A program made the translations under genes and the position numbers. DNA of 64,000 nt, from the IMG/VR virus record IMGVR_UViG_3300023179_000040, positions 1 through 64,000 of that record; one strand, written 5' to 3'. Shown here one piece after another: positions 7,269 to 17,299 of the stretch (position 1 is the stretch's first letter; the number at the start of each line of letters is the position of its first letter). The notes under the pieces are model-generated. The model was given only the letters and a program-made list of their open reading frames with translations. It did not search any database and was not told the origin of the DNA. This stretch comes from a virus.

Positions 7269-7289
7269 TTGATAAGACATAGTAATATT

Positions 7290-7505
7290 TTATAGAGACG
7301 AGATATTAGTAGTAGTAACTTTTTTCGGTCGCCCTCTACTTTTCTTTAATGCTAACTTGCGTCGTTGACGTCTTACCATAGCAATAGTAATATTTTGACC
7401 AGTCATTTGAGCTAGCTCCTTGGCTAAACTTTCATCATTCATACTCCCATGATTATTGCTGATAAATTCTACTTCTGTTGCTGTCCATTTTTTATAATTA
7501 GCCAT
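7290..7505 (-). CDS. Small HTH DNA-binding protein with C-terminal AT-hook
   Basis: MANYKKWTATEVEFI...LAKEL...VRRQRRKL...KSRGRPKK, with GGAAGGGA RBS. Confidence 0.7.
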   Translation of the reverse strand: MANYKKWTATEVEFISNNHGSMNDESLAKELAQMTGQNITIAMVRRQRRKLALKKSRGRPKKVTTTNISSL

Positions 7506-7625
7506 ATTTCCCTTCCTCTTTGCATAATATAAAGTTGTCAATAGTCATCTATCACCAGATATTGACTAAAATTCATTCGACCTTATTATATTAGGTATTG
7601 GTTAGTTTCATGCAAGGAGATTTTT

Positions 7626-7784
7626 ATGAATATTACTAATTTAAATTTGGCTAATTCATCATTACAAGTTAATCCCTCAGGATGTGACGCTAATATTTGT
7701 CACGACCTGAATTTACCAGACGGCAAAAGTATAGCCGAATTACTACAAGAATCACAGAATGAGCAAAAAGAAGAAACCAACTAA
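7626..7784 (+). CDS. 52-aa hypothetical protein
   Basis: AAGGAGA RBS; MNITNLNLANSSLQVNPSGCDANICHDLNLPDGKSIAELLQESQNEQKEETN*. Downstream of TTGACT-N16-TATTAT (7562-7589). Confidence 0.55.
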   Translation: MNITNLNLANSSLQVNPSGCDANICHDLNLPDGKSIAELLQESQNEQKEETN

Positions 7785-8433
7785 ACAAACAATATTACCC
7801 AATAATGTTTCCGAAGAGGAATTTTTGACCGTTTTAGATAATATTAGCAAAAGATTAAGCCACAAATTCCGCTTTGGTTACCATGATCTAGATGACATGA
7901 AGCAACAAGCTGCTATTTTTGCTATGGAGGGCTTAGAAAAATATGACAATAAAAGACCTCTTGAAAATTTCTTATGGACTCATGTGAGAAATCGTCTCTT
8001 TAATTACAAAAGAAACAATTACCAAAGACCAGACAAGCCTTGTTTATCCTGTCCATTTTTTGACAAACATTGTTTCAAATCTAATAATCAGTGTACAGAA
8101 TATGCTAATAAATTAGACTGTGAACTATACGCAGGATGGTCACAAAGAAATGATGCTAAAAAAAATATTATGCAGCCATTATATATTGAACCAGAGAATA
8201 ATTATTCTAATCTACAGTCCGACAACTTTGTGCAAAATATACAAAATCAAGAAATTATAACCTATTTGGACTCTAATGTTTCCGCAGAATATAGAGAGTG
8301 TTATCTTAAGTTAAAACATAATGTTAAAATTCCTAAACAGCAATTGTTAAATTTACAAAAACACATTTACTCCCTTTTAGAAAAATCACAATGGCATCAG
8401 CTAATGAAGCTCCAAAAAAACGAGGACAATTAA
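7759..8433 (+). CDS. Phage RNA polymerase sigma-factor-like protein (ECF-like region 2 plus Cys cluster)
   Basis: DLDDMKQQAAIFAMEGLEKYD...ENFLWTHVRNRLFNYKR matches sigma region 2. It is followed by CxxC...C...C...C. Region 4 appears degenerate. Confidence 0.7.
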   Translation: MSKKKKPTKQTILPNNVSEEEFLTVLDNISKRLSHKFRFGYHDLDDMKQQAAIFAMEGLEKYDNKRPLENFLWTHVRNRLFNYKRNNYQRPDKPCLSCPFFDKHCFKSNNQCTEYANKLDCELYAGWSQRNDAKKNIMQPLYIEPENNYSNLQSDNFVQNIQNQEIITYLDSNVSAEYRECYLKLKHNVKIPKQQLLNLQKHIYSLLEKSQWHQLMKLQKNEDN

Positions 8434-9239
8434 GTCTTGATGAAGAAAAATATATCAAGGACTTTTTTGGTACCAAAACTATCGATGAGATAGCCAAAGA
8501 TCTTAATAGAAGCACCGCTCCTATTAAAAGATACATTTCTGAAAATCAGCTATTCGTATCTGAAGATGAAAAATATGATACGGAAATTTTACGACACAAA
8601 TTATATAGTAAAACATTTTGGTCAGAAATTGTAAGACAGTTTGATGCTGATAGCGGAGAGTTAAAATATTTTGAAGATACATGGATTGGTTTAATTAAGC
8701 AGTTTAGGGAAGACGTTCTACCAGCAGAAGAACTTCAAATCAAACAGTTTATCACCATAGATATTCTGATTAATCGCAGTATGAAAGAGCGTAAACGACA
8801 CATTAGCGAAACTGAAAAACTACAAAAGTTAGTAGACAAAGAATATGAAAAGCCCGAGGACCAAAGAGACGGACCAAAACTAGTTAATTTAGAAACTCAA
8901 TTAAGTTTTGCTCGTAATAGTATCGCTAATTATACTAATGAATATACTAAACTATTAAATGAACAACAGAAGATTAGCAAAGATTTAAAAGCTACCAGAG
9001 AGCAAAGAATTAAAAGAATAGAAGATGGTAAAAGCTCTTGGACAGGATTAATACGCATGCTAGAAGATGAAACTATACGAGAGAAAGAAGGACGAGAGAT
9101 GGAAATTCTTAGCATGGCTACTGATAAATATAGAACAATGCTAGAAAGCTATCATCAATATGAGGATAAGAAAATAGATAGACCATTTTTAACACCAGAA
9201 AGCGTACTATTAGAAGATACGGAGAATAATAATGAATAA
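8391..9239 (+). CDS. HTH plus coiled-coil protein, candidate terminase small subunit
   Basis: N-terminal HTH (TIDEIAKDLNRS...IKRYI), long helical/coiled-coil body, located upstream of TerL. Confidence 0.4.
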   Translation: MASANEAPKKRGQLSLDEEKYIKDFFGTKTIDEIAKDLNRSTAPIKRYISENQLFVSEDEKYDTEILRHKLYSKTFWSEIVRQFDADSGELKYFEDTWIGLIKQFREDVLPAEELQIKQFITIDILINRSMKERKRHISETEKLQKLVDKEYEKPEDQRDGPKLVNLETQLSFARNSIANYTNEYTKLLNEQQKISKDLKATREQRIKRIEDGKSSWTGLIRMLEDETIREKEGREMEILSMATDKYRTMLESYHQYEDKKIDRPFLTPESVLLEDTENNNE

Positions 9240-10224
9240 GACCGCGATCATTACGGGAATTACTGGTCAAGACGGATCATATTTGTCAGATCTATTATTA
9301 GACAAAGAATATACTGTGATTGGCACATATCGAAGAACAAGCACTAATAGCTTTTCTAGAATATCTCATTTATTATCAAATGATAATCTTATTCTAGAAG
9401 AATCAGACCTTACAGACCCATCGTCCCTTAGATTCTTAATACAAAAATATCAACCTAATGAATTTTATAATTTAGCAGCTCAAAGTCATGTTGATACGAG
9501 CTTTAAACAACCAACTACAACATTTGAGATTAATACAGTAGGAGTAGTTAATATATTAGAAGCCATAAGAGATTTATCTCCAGACACTAGATTTTATCAA
9601 GCTAGTACCAGCGAAATGTATGGCAAGAATTTTGATATAGATAATAATGGACAGTACTATCAGGACGAAAATACATTGTTATTACCACAAAGTCCATATG
9701 GAGTAGCTAAATTAGCTAGCCATAGACTAATTCACATTTATAGAGAAGCATATAGTTTATTTAATTGTTCGGGGATTTTATTTAATCATGAAAGTCCAAG
9801 ACGAGGAGAGAATTTTGTTACTCGTAAAATTACTAAATACATAGGACTTTTAGTTCATAATAAAATTAATAAGCCATTAAAACTTGGAAACCTATCAGCC
9901 AAAAGAGACTGGGGCCACGCCAAAGATTATGTAAAGGCTATGTGGTTAATGTTACAACAAAATAATCCAGAAGATTATGTTATCTCTACGGGCGAAACTC
10001 ATAGCGTTTATGAATTTTTACAAGCTGCTTTTGGTCGTGTTAATTTAGATTATAAACAATATGTAGAAATAGACGAAAATCTATATAGACCAGCAGAAGT
10101 AGACTATCTTAGAGGGGATTGTACTAAAGCTAAAACTAAATTAAATTGGCAACCGGAATATTCATTTATAGATTTAGTCAACGATATGGTTGATCACGAT
10201 TGTCAAGTATATTCAAATGTTTAG
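9232..10224 (+). CDS. gmd: GDP-mannose 4,6-dehydratase
   Basis: TGITGQDGSYL, YNLAAQSHV, FYQASTSE, SPYGVAK, GILFNHESPRRGENFVTRKIT, RDWGHAKDYV, RPAEVDYL. Confidence 0.95.
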   Translation: MNKTAIITGITGQDGSYLSDLLLDKEYTVIGTYRRTSTNSFSRISHLLSNDNLILEESDLTDPSSLRFLIQKYQPNEFYNLAAQSHVDTSFKQPTTTFEINTVGVVNILEAIRDLSPDTRFYQASTSEMYGKNFDIDNNGQYYQDENTLLLPQSPYGVAKLASHRLIHIYREAYSLFNCSGILFNHESPRRGENFVTRKITKYIGLLVHNKINKPLKLGNLSAKRDWGHAKDYVKAMWLMLQQNNPEDYVISTGETHSVYEFLQAAFGRVNLDYKQYVEIDENLYRPAEVDYLRGDCTKAKTKLNWQPEYSFIDLVNDMVDHDCQVYSNV

Positions 10225-10489
10225 AAACTACCAAGACCCCTTATATAAAGAATGGAGACAAAAGGTTTATAAAAGAGATAATCATCAATGTCAGTGGCCA
10301 GGATGTAATCAAAGAAAAAAACTTAATGCTCATCATATTAAAACATGGGCTAATTTTCCCGCTCTTAGATTTACCGTAGATAATGGTATTACTTTATGTT
10401 ATCAACATCATAAAATGATCAAAAATCTAGAAAATCTTTATGAAAGTGTATTTCTAAAAATAGTACAAGATAAAAAATCCTCACAATGA
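10217..10489 (+). CDS. HNH endonuclease (packaging-associated type)
   Basis: WRQKVYKRDNHQCQWPGC...LNAHHI...NGITLCYQHH, near TerL. Confidence 0.85.
   Translation: MFRNYQDPLYKEWRQKVYKRDNHQCQWPGCNQRKKLNAHHIKTWANFPALRFTVDNGITLCYQHHKMIKNLENLYESVFLKIVQDKKSSQ
10445..10451 (+). promoter_or_regulatory. Putative late promoter motif RGTGTAT
   Basis: AGTGTAT, about 50 nt upstream of the ERCC4 gene; lies inside a CDS. Confidence 0.35.
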
Positions 10490-10498
10490 AGTTTATTT

Positions 10499-10978
10499 AT
10501 GAAATCTCCAGACTTTACTATTATAGTAGATACCAGAGAGCAGCATCCATGGTCTTTTGATAATTACGCTACAGCCAAGCGTAAATTAGATACCGGAGAC
10601 TATAGCATAGAAGGTTTAGAGCATCTATTAGGCATAGAAAGAAAGAAAAGCGTTAGTGAATTTGCCAATAATATTGTGGAAGAAAGATTTACTGATGTAG
10701 TTGATAGATTAAGCAAGTTAAAATATTCTTATATCCTATTTGAGTTTAGTTTAAATGATGTTTTAATTTATCCTGTAGGATCAAATATTCCTAAGAAGTG
10801 GTGGAACAATATTAAAATAAGTCCATCATTTATTATTAAACATATTTTAGAATTGGAAATGATACATAATATTAAAATTATTTTTTGTGGATCGGCCGCT
10901 AATGCAGAGAAGATGGCGGAACACATATTAAAAAAGGTTAACTATATTGAAAGAGTTAAAAACCAAACAACTATTTGA
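10499..10978 (+). CDS. ERCC4 (XPF/Mus81-type) domain nuclease
   Basis: IIVDTREQ...LDTGDYS...IERK motif (GDxnERK). Confidence 0.85.
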   Translation: MKSPDFTIIVDTREQHPWSFDNYATAKRKLDTGDYSIEGLEHLLGIERKKSVSEFANNIVEERFTDVVDRLSKLKYSYILFEFSLNDVLIYPVGSNIPKKWWNNIKISPSFIIKHILELEMIHNIKIIFCGSAANAEKMAEHILKKVNYIERVKNQTTI

Positions 10979-12980
10979 TGATGCATGGTTAGGACTTGGT
11001 GACTTATCCAACCTAGTCATACCTTCTAATCCTATGATTCACAGAAGTGAACAGGACATAGAGAAACCAGATCTGCATCTTATGAAACTTATCAGAAACC
11101 CTAAATACATTGGGGCCACATGTAAATTGCTTTTTAATATAGAACTACATCCTATACAAATGGCAATTTTACAAGAATTTTGGTTAAGAGCTTTTCCTAT
11201 GTATATTGCTAGTCGTGGATGGGGTAAAAGCTTTTTATTAGCTTTATATTGCATATTAAGAATGACATTTTATCCAGGTACTAAGATTGTTGTAGTAGGA
11301 GCAGCATTTCGTCAAAGTAAGATTATCTTTGAATATATGGAAACTATTTGGCGTAATAGTCCTATTTTAAGAAGTATATTTTCAGGTAATGATGATGGTC
11401 CACGACGCGATGTTGATCGCTGTACTATAAGGTTGGGAGATAGTTGGACAGTAGCTATCCCCATGGGAGATGGTAGTAAAATCCGAGGTCTTAGAGCACA
11501 TATCATTATTGCTGACGAATTTGCATCTATATCTCCAGATATTTACGAAACGGTAGTATCAGGGTTCGCTGCGGTAAGTGCTAGTCCTATTCAGAATGTT
11601 AAGGATCAAGCTAAAAAATTAGCTATGAAAGAGGCAGGATTATGGAATGATGAGTTAGAAGTATTAAATACCAAAATGGGTAATCAAGCTATTATTTCGG
11701 GTACTGCGGATTATGACTTTAAACATTTTGCTAGTTATTGGAAAAGATACAAGGCTATTATAGAAAGTCGTGGAGACAAGAATAAATTAGAAGATATTTT
11801 TAAAGGTGAAATTCCTAGTAATTTTAATTGGAGAGACTATAGTATTATTCGTATACCATATGAGCTTATACCAAAAGGTTTCATGGATGATAAGCAAGTT
11901 AGTAGGGCTAAAGCCACAATACATAGTGGAATATATAATATGGAATATGCCGCTTGTTTCGTAACAGATAGCGAAGGATTCTTCAGAAGAAGTTTGATAG
12001 AAGCATGCGTTACATCTGATTCTAAACCTATTTCAGTTGGTAACAAAAAGATAGTATTTGATGCTATGGTTAATGGGGATCCAAAATCTCAATATATATA
12101 TGGTATCGATCCAGCCTCAGAACAGGATAATTTTAGTATCACTATTTTAGAAGTTCATCCTGATCATAGTAGAATAGTTTATTGCTGGACTACTAATAGA
12201 AGTAATTTTAAAGAAAGATTAAAAACAGGACTAATAAAAGATCATGATTTTTATGGATTCTGTTGTCGCAAGATTAGAAATTTAATGAAAATTTTTCCAT
12301 GTGCTCGCATTGGTCTTGATGCTCAGGGAGGTGGTGTTGCGATAGAAGAAGCATTACATGATCCTTCCAAACTAGAAGAAGGAGAACACTTAATATGGCC
12401 TATTATAGATCCAGATAAAAATAAAGATACAGATAGTCAATCAGGATTACATATTATTGAATTGGTGCAGTTTGCGAAAGCAGACTGGACTGCTCAGGCT
12501 AATCACGGACTAAGAAAAGATTTAGAGGATAAAGTATTATTATTTCCTAGATTTGATAACTTAACATTAGGATTAGCTCTAGAAAGAGAAGGTAAAGATA
12601 TCCTTGAAAGTGATCTTAATCCTATTTATGATAGTTTAAGTGAATGTATTTTGGAGATTGAAGAGCTTAAAAATGAGCTAACTACTATAGTCATGACTCA
12701 AACAAGCACAGGACCAAATGCTAGAGATAGATGGGATACTCCTGAGGTTAAATTGGTCAATAGGAAAAAGGGTAGACTAAGAAAAGATAGATACAGTTCT
12801 TTATTGATTGCTAATATGATAGCTAGACAAATGATGAGAAGTTTAAAGCCTATGGGATATGAAATAGTAGGCGGTAAAGCCTCAGAAATGACCGGCCATT
12901 CAGGAAATCTTTATAAAGGACCAGAATGGTTCACTTCAGAAGCAAATAACGATATTTATACGGGAATTTATCGAGACTAA
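10947..12980 (+). CDS. terL: Terminase large subunit
   Basis: Walker A SRGWGKS, RG...Walker B IIIADEFA, RNase-H-like YGIDPA and KDRYSS. Directly upstream of portal. Confidence 0.9.
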   Translation: MKELKTKQLFDDAWLGLGDLSNLVIPSNPMIHRSEQDIEKPDLHLMKLIRNPKYIGATCKLLFNIELHPIQMAILQEFWLRAFPMYIASRGWGKSFLLALYCILRMTFYPGTKIVVVGAAFRQSKIIFEYMETIWRNSPILRSIFSGNDDGPRRDVDRCTIRLGDSWTVAIPMGDGSKIRGLRAHIIIADEFASISPDIYETVVSGFAAVSASPIQNVKDQAKKLAMKEAGLWNDELEVLNTKMGNQAIISGTADYDFKHFASYWKRYKAIIESRGDKNKLEDIFKGEIPSNFNWRDYSIIRIPYELIPKGFMDDKQVSRAKATIHSGIYNMEYAACFVTDSEGFFRRSLIEACVTSDSKPISVGNKKIVFDAMVNGDPKSQYIYGIDPASEQDNFSITILEVHPDHSRIVYCWTTNRSNFKERLKTGLIKDHDFYGFCCRKIRNLMKIFPCARIGLDAQGGGVAIEEALHDPSKLEEGEHLIWPIIDPDKNKDTDSQSGLHIIELVQFAKADWTAQANHGLRKDLEDKVLLFPRFDNLTLGLALEREGKDILESDLNPIYDSLSECILEIEELKNELTTIVMTQTSTGPNARDRWDTPEVKLVNRKKGRLRKDRYSSLLIANMIARQMMRSLKPMGYEIVGGKASEMTGHSGNLYKGPEWFTSEANNDIYTGIYRD

Positions 12981-12986
12981 GTGTAT
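12980..12986 (+). promoter_or_regulatory. Putative late promoter motif
   Basis: AGTGTAT, about 54 nt upstream of the portal ATG. Confidence 0.55.
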
Positions 12987-13034
12987 ATTACAGTATTAAT
13001 AGTATTATAATAGCATTACATTAGAAATATAATT

Positions 13035-15239
13035 ATGGCTAAAAAGAAACCCAAAAACGAAGTAATAAAAGACGCTAATATAATTCCAGAAGATGCTTAC
13101 GTAACATGGGGAGATGATTTAGCCAGTAAACAGGATGCCCTAAAAAGATCATCGGCTTCTTTAGATGAGTTCACGCTCATAAATAAAGCTGAAGGCATGA
13201 GAAGGTATGGTCTAGATTACTCAAATCTTGATGGAATCACAGGTAGTCGTCCGGGTTTTACTAGAACAGACTATGACTATTTTAGACCGGATGAAGCAGT
13301 ACCGAAAAAGGTTAAAGCCATTTTACAACGAGCTGAGGACATTTATCAAAGGGTTGGTCTAGTTAAAAACGTTATAGATTTGATGGGTGATTTTGCTACT
13401 CAAGGAATCAGACTATCACACAAGAATAAAAGAATAGAAAGATTTTACAGAAGATGGTTTAAAAAAATACAGGGTAAAGATAGAAGCGAAAGATTTTTAA
13501 ATAATCTTTATAAATCTGGTAATGTAGTTATCGATAGACGCACAGCTAAAATTAGTTTGAAGGTTACAGAAAAATTATATCAAAGCTTAGGAACCGCAGA
13601 CTATCAAATAGCAGACATTGACAATGTACAGATAGAAAAAAGAGAAATACCATGGAAATATACTTTTATAGATCCAGTATTTGTGGATGTAGTTGCCGGA
13701 CCATTAGCTTCTTTTGTAGACAACAAAACATATGAATTACAACTTCCAGGAAATCTTAGAAGCCAAATAAATGCTCCTAAAACAGAAGCAGAGAAACAAA
13801 TTTTGGCTGGTCTTCCTAAAGAAATTATAGAAGCAGCTAAAACACAACACGGATTTCCTCTGGATCCAAATAAAACTTTAGTATTCCATTATAAAAAAGA
13901 TGATTGGCAAGCTTGGGCTTTCCCAATGATCTATGCTATTATGGATGATCTAACAGTTGTAGAAAAATTAAAACTTGCTGATATGGCGGCTTTAGATGGT
14001 GCAGTATCTAATATAAGAATTTTTAAGCTAGGTAATCTAGAACATAGAATTGCTCCCACCAAAGCAGCAACAGCTAAACTAGCACAAATCCTAGGAAATA
14101 ATACTGGTGGCGGCACTATGGATTTAATTTGGGGTCCAGATATTGAACTATTAGAATCTAATACTAATGTTCATCAATTTTTAGGTGAAAATAAATATAT
14201 TCCTCATATGAATGCTGTTTATGCTGGTCTAGGTATTCCACCAACATTAACTGGTACATTCGGAGCTGCCGGAACAACCAATAACTTTATTTCACTAAAA
14301 ACATTAACACAGAGACTACAATATGGTCGAGATGTTCTAGTAAGATTTTGGGAAAATGAAATTGCATTAGTACAAAAAGCTATGGGATTTAAATATCCAG
14401 CTAAAATAGAATTTGATAGAATGGATCTATCCAATGAAGATACTGAAAAAGCATTATTAATTCAACTAGCAGATCGTAATCTAATTAGTGATGAACTATT
14501 ACAAACTAAATTTGGTTTTGATCCTGACATGGAGAAGTCTAGACTCAATAGAGAAACTAGAGAAAGAAAGAGCGATAGAATGACACGTAAGGCCGGTCCA
14601 TGGTTTGATCCTCAGATAGAAAACTCACTTAAGAAAATAGTTCTACAGACAGGTACGGTGACTCCAAGTCAGGTCGGTCTTGATCTTGAAAAAAAGAAAG
14701 CTGGAGAAAAATCGGCACTTGAACTGAAGGTACCAGCAGCTCCTACCATGAAGTTGGCAAACGATTCGCCAGAATCGTTGCCTAAAGCACCAGGACAAGG
14801 AAGACCCAAAACGTCCAAGGATTCTCAGAAACGAAAAACAAAAGTTTTCCAACCCCAAACAGGGGCTACTCTAATGATTTGGGCAAACAAAGCACAAGAT
14901 AAGATAAATGAGATTATAAATCCAGTATTATTAGATTTCTATAATAAAAAAAATTTAAGAAGTTTAAGTTCTATAGAGTTTTCTGAAGCAGAAGAGATTA
15001 GGACAAAAATTTTATTTGGACTTCAACCAATGTCCAAGATAGACGAAGATTCAATAATGGGTTCCTTTGCACAAATAGATAGTCCAGAAAATAAATATAA
15101 AATATATGAATATAAAAACTGGCTTAAATCTATTGAACAGACTTTAAATCAATCACTATCTGTAGAAGAACAAAAGCAAGCAAAAGCTTCTTTTTATAGC
15201 TTGGTGTATTCTCCTGAAGACACAGGAGAAATAGAATGA
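13035..15239 (+). CDS. Portal protein
   Basis: Position after TerL, 734 aa, portal-like helical pattern (VKNVIDLMGDF..., VYAGLGIPPTL...). Confidence 0.75.
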   Translation: MAKKKPKNEVIKDANIIPEDAYVTWGDDLASKQDALKRSSASLDEFTLINKAEGMRRYGLDYSNLDGITGSRPGFTRTDYDYFRPDEAVPKKVKAILQRAEDIYQRVGLVKNVIDLMGDFATQGIRLSHKNKRIERFYRRWFKKIQGKDRSERFLNNLYKSGNVVIDRRTAKISLKVTEKLYQSLGTADYQIADIDNVQIEKREIPWKYTFIDPVFVDVVAGPLASFVDNKTYELQLPGNLRSQINAPKTEAEKQILAGLPKEIIEAAKTQHGFPLDPNKTLVFHYKKDDWQAWAFPMIYAIMDDLTVVEKLKLADMAALDGAVSNIRIFKLGNLEHRIAPTKAATAKLAQILGNNTGGGTMDLIWGPDIELLESNTNVHQFLGENKYIPHMNAVYAGLGIPPTLTGTFGAAGTTNNFISLKTLTQRLQYGRDVLVRFWENEIALVQKAMGFKYPAKIEFDRMDLSNEDTEKALLIQLADRNLISDELLQTKFGFDPDMEKSRLNRETRERKSDRMTRKAGPWFDPQIENSLKKIVLQTGTVTPSQVGLDLEKKKAGEKSALELKVPAAPTMKLANDSPESLPKAPGQGRPKTSKDSQKRKTKVFQPQTGATLMIWANKAQDKINEIINPVLLDFYNKKNLRSLSSIEFSEAEEIRTKILFGLQPMSKIDEDSIMGSFAQIDSPENKYKIYEYKNWLKSIEQTLNQSLSVEEQKQAKASFYSLVYSPEDTGEIE
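15203..15209 (+). promoter_or_regulatory. Putative late promoter motif
   Basis: GGTGTAT, 32 nt upstream of the protease gene. Confidence 0.5.
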
Positions 15240-16798
15240 AAATATTTTCCCAAGAGATCGTAGACGGTCTAGAAACCCAACTATCTGCATCAGCCTCTAT
15301 CTCATATGCTTCTATGGCTACTCCGTCGCCAAATTCTCGTCAACATAAAATTAATAATATTCAATCAATAGCATCATTAAGCGATAATGATCTATACTAT
15401 GTTCAATCTATTTTAGTTAGTTCATCTTGGAATAAAAATGATGATATATTCGATAAAACTGAGGTATGGAACGCAAGACGCACCCCTGAAGACAAACCAA
15501 CCAATTTAGAGCATGATGAGTCTACTATTATTGGACATATTACTTCTAACTGGCCAATTAAAGATGATGGTACACTGATTGACGATAATACTGATATTGG
15601 TGATTTGCCAGAAAAATATCATATATTAACTGGTTCTGTTATTTATAGAGGATTTACTAATCCCGATCTTAAAAGTAGAGCAGATAAATTAATAGATGAA
15701 ATAGAACAAGGTGTTAAATACGTAAGTATGGAGTGTTTCTTTAAAAGCTTTGATTATGGACTAATTAATAAAAGTACTGGAGAATATAAAGTATTACCTA
15801 GAAATGAAGCCACTGCATATTTAACAAAATATTTAAGAGCATATGGTGGACAAGGAGAACATGATAATTATAAGATAGGTAGAGTATTAAGAGATATTAC
15901 ATTTTCTGGAAAAGGCTTTGTTAATAAACCAGCTAATCCAGATAGTATTATTTTTACTAAAAATATGCTAGAAGAACAAAATACAAAAAAATCAACCGAA
16001 AAATTTGAAGATTTATCAATTGCGGGTGTATGTGATAATCAGACCAACCTTAATGTGGAGAATAACATTATGAATTTAGAAAATATTCAAGCAGAAGTTG
16101 CCGAACTCAAGACCAAGATTGAAGCTATGACAGCTTCTTCAGCCGAAGTAGTCAAAGAAGCTTATGCTTTAACTACCGAGCTTAAGGATAAGGTAGCCGC
16201 ACTAGAAAACGAAATTAAGGCCAAAGAGCAGACAATTGCCGAATTAACAGCTGCTCAGGAAGCTATTGCTGCTGAAAAAGAAGAAGCAGCTAAGAAAACA
16301 GCAGAGAAGAAGGTCGAAGAAGAAGCTGAAATGGATAAAACCAAGAGCGATCTTGCTGCTGCTCTTGAAACCATTGCAGGCTATAAAGCCAAAGAAGAAG
16401 AAATGGCTAAGAAAGAAAAGAAAATAAAGAGAGCTTCTGCTCTAATTGAAAATGGTCTAGACACAGAAACTGCTAATGCTACAGTCGATAAGTTTGAAAG
16501 TATGGATGATGAAACTTTCGCTGCTATGACCAGTCTTTTTGCTGCTACAAAGAAGAACAGTAATAAAGAAGAAGAAATGGAAGATGAAAAAGAAGAAGCA
16601 GCTAAGAAAGATACAGAAGAAGCTGAGGATACAAAAGACAAGGCTTCACAAAATACAGTTGATGCGTCTGTTCTAGAAACAGCAGAAGTAGAAACTGGTG
16701 TTAATCTTGGTGTTGGCGGAGAGGCCATATCAGCCGTTGAAGCAACACGCGCAGCATTGGTTGAATTCGTTTCCAGTAGACTCGGTAAGAAACAATAA
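15236..16798 (+). CDS. Prohead protease with C-terminal scaffolding domain
   Basis: NKNDDIF...KPTNLEH...IIGH...VSMEC...FSGKGFVNKPANP protease-like N-terminus, then an acidic coiled-coil C-terminus. Confidence 0.75.
   Translation: MKIFSQEIVDGLETQLSASASISYASMATPSPNSRQHKINNIQSIASLSDNDLYYVQSILVSSSWNKNDDIFDKTEVWNARRTPEDKPTNLEHDESTIIGHITSNWPIKDDGTLIDDNTDIGDLPEKYHILTGSVIYRGFTNPDLKSRADKLIDEIEQGVKYVSMECFFKSFDYGLINKSTGEYKVLPRNEATAYLTKYLRAYGGQGEHDNYKIGRVLRDITFSGKGFVNKPANPDSIIFTKNMLEEQNTKKSTEKFEDLSIAGVCDNQTNLNVENNIMNLENIQAEVAELKTKIEAMTASSAEVVKEAYALTTELKDKVAALENEIKAKEQTIAELTAAQEAIAAEKEEAAKKTAEKKVEEEAEMDKTKSDLAAALETIAGYKAKEEEMAKKEKKIKRASALIENGLDTETANATVDKFESMDDETFAAMTSLFAATKKNSNKEEEMEDEKEEAAKKDTEEAEDTKDKASQNTVDASVLETAEVETGVNLGVGGEAISAVEATRAALVEFVSSRLGKKQ
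16070..16798 (+). CDS. Nested in-frame scaffolding protein
   Basis: Internal ATG (MNLENIQAEV) preceded by a GTGGAG RBS and by its own GGTGTAT motif at 16025-16031. Confidence 0.55.
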   Translation: MNLENIQAEVAELKTKIEAMTASSAEVVKEAYALTTELKDKVAALENEIKAKEQTIAELTAAQEAIAAEKEEAAKKTAEKKVEEEAEMDKTKSDLAAALETIAGYKAKEEEMAKKEKKIKRASALIENGLDTETANATVDKFESMDDETFAAMTSLFAATKKNSNKEEEMEDEKEEAAKKDTEEAEDTKDKASQNTVDASVLETAEVETGVNLGVGGEAISAVEATRAALVEFVSSRLGKKQ

Positions 16799-16822
16799 TT
16801 TTTATTAAGGGAGAAAACTAAC

Positions 16823-17281
16823 ATGGCTCTTAAACCACATCGTGTCGAATCATACACAGACGTTTCATACTTCATGGACACAGCCGCAGAACGTGGCGGT
16901 ATCGTTGTTCATACAACTTCTGGTAGCGGCGTTGCTATAGATGATGGCAATGCAGTTGTCGCCTATCCAACAGGTGTCAATTCTGGTACCAAACCAGCAG
17001 GCTTGCTACTAAATGATGTTGTTAGTATTGACCTAACAAGACAGCACATCAACTGGTATCGTGATGAAGTTCCGGTAGGCTCAAAGGTTACCGTACTTCG
17101 TCAAGGACAAGTTGCCACAAATATGGTTGCTTCTGGCGCTACGCCAACAGCTGGTGCAGATGCCTACTATGACACAGTTGGTAAGCTAACAACAGTTAGT
17201 ACCAATAGTGTTAAGGTTGGTAGATTCCTTGGTAGCAAAGATGCAGATGGTTACGTCAAAGTAGATATCAATATCACCTGA
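16823..17281 (+). CDS. Head decoration/cement protein
   Basis: 152 aa between scaffold and MCP, strong AAGGGAG RBS, beta-rich composition. Confidence 0.65.
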   Translation: MALKPHRVESYTDVSYFMDTAAERGGIVVHTTSGSGVAIDDGNAVVAYPTGVNSGTKPAGLLLNDVVSIDLTRQHINWYRDEVPVGSKVTVLRQGQVATNMVASGATPTAGADAYYDTVGKLTTVSTNSVKVGRFLGSKDADGYVKVDINIT

Positions 17282-17299
17282 TAAGGGAGAAAATCAAAC

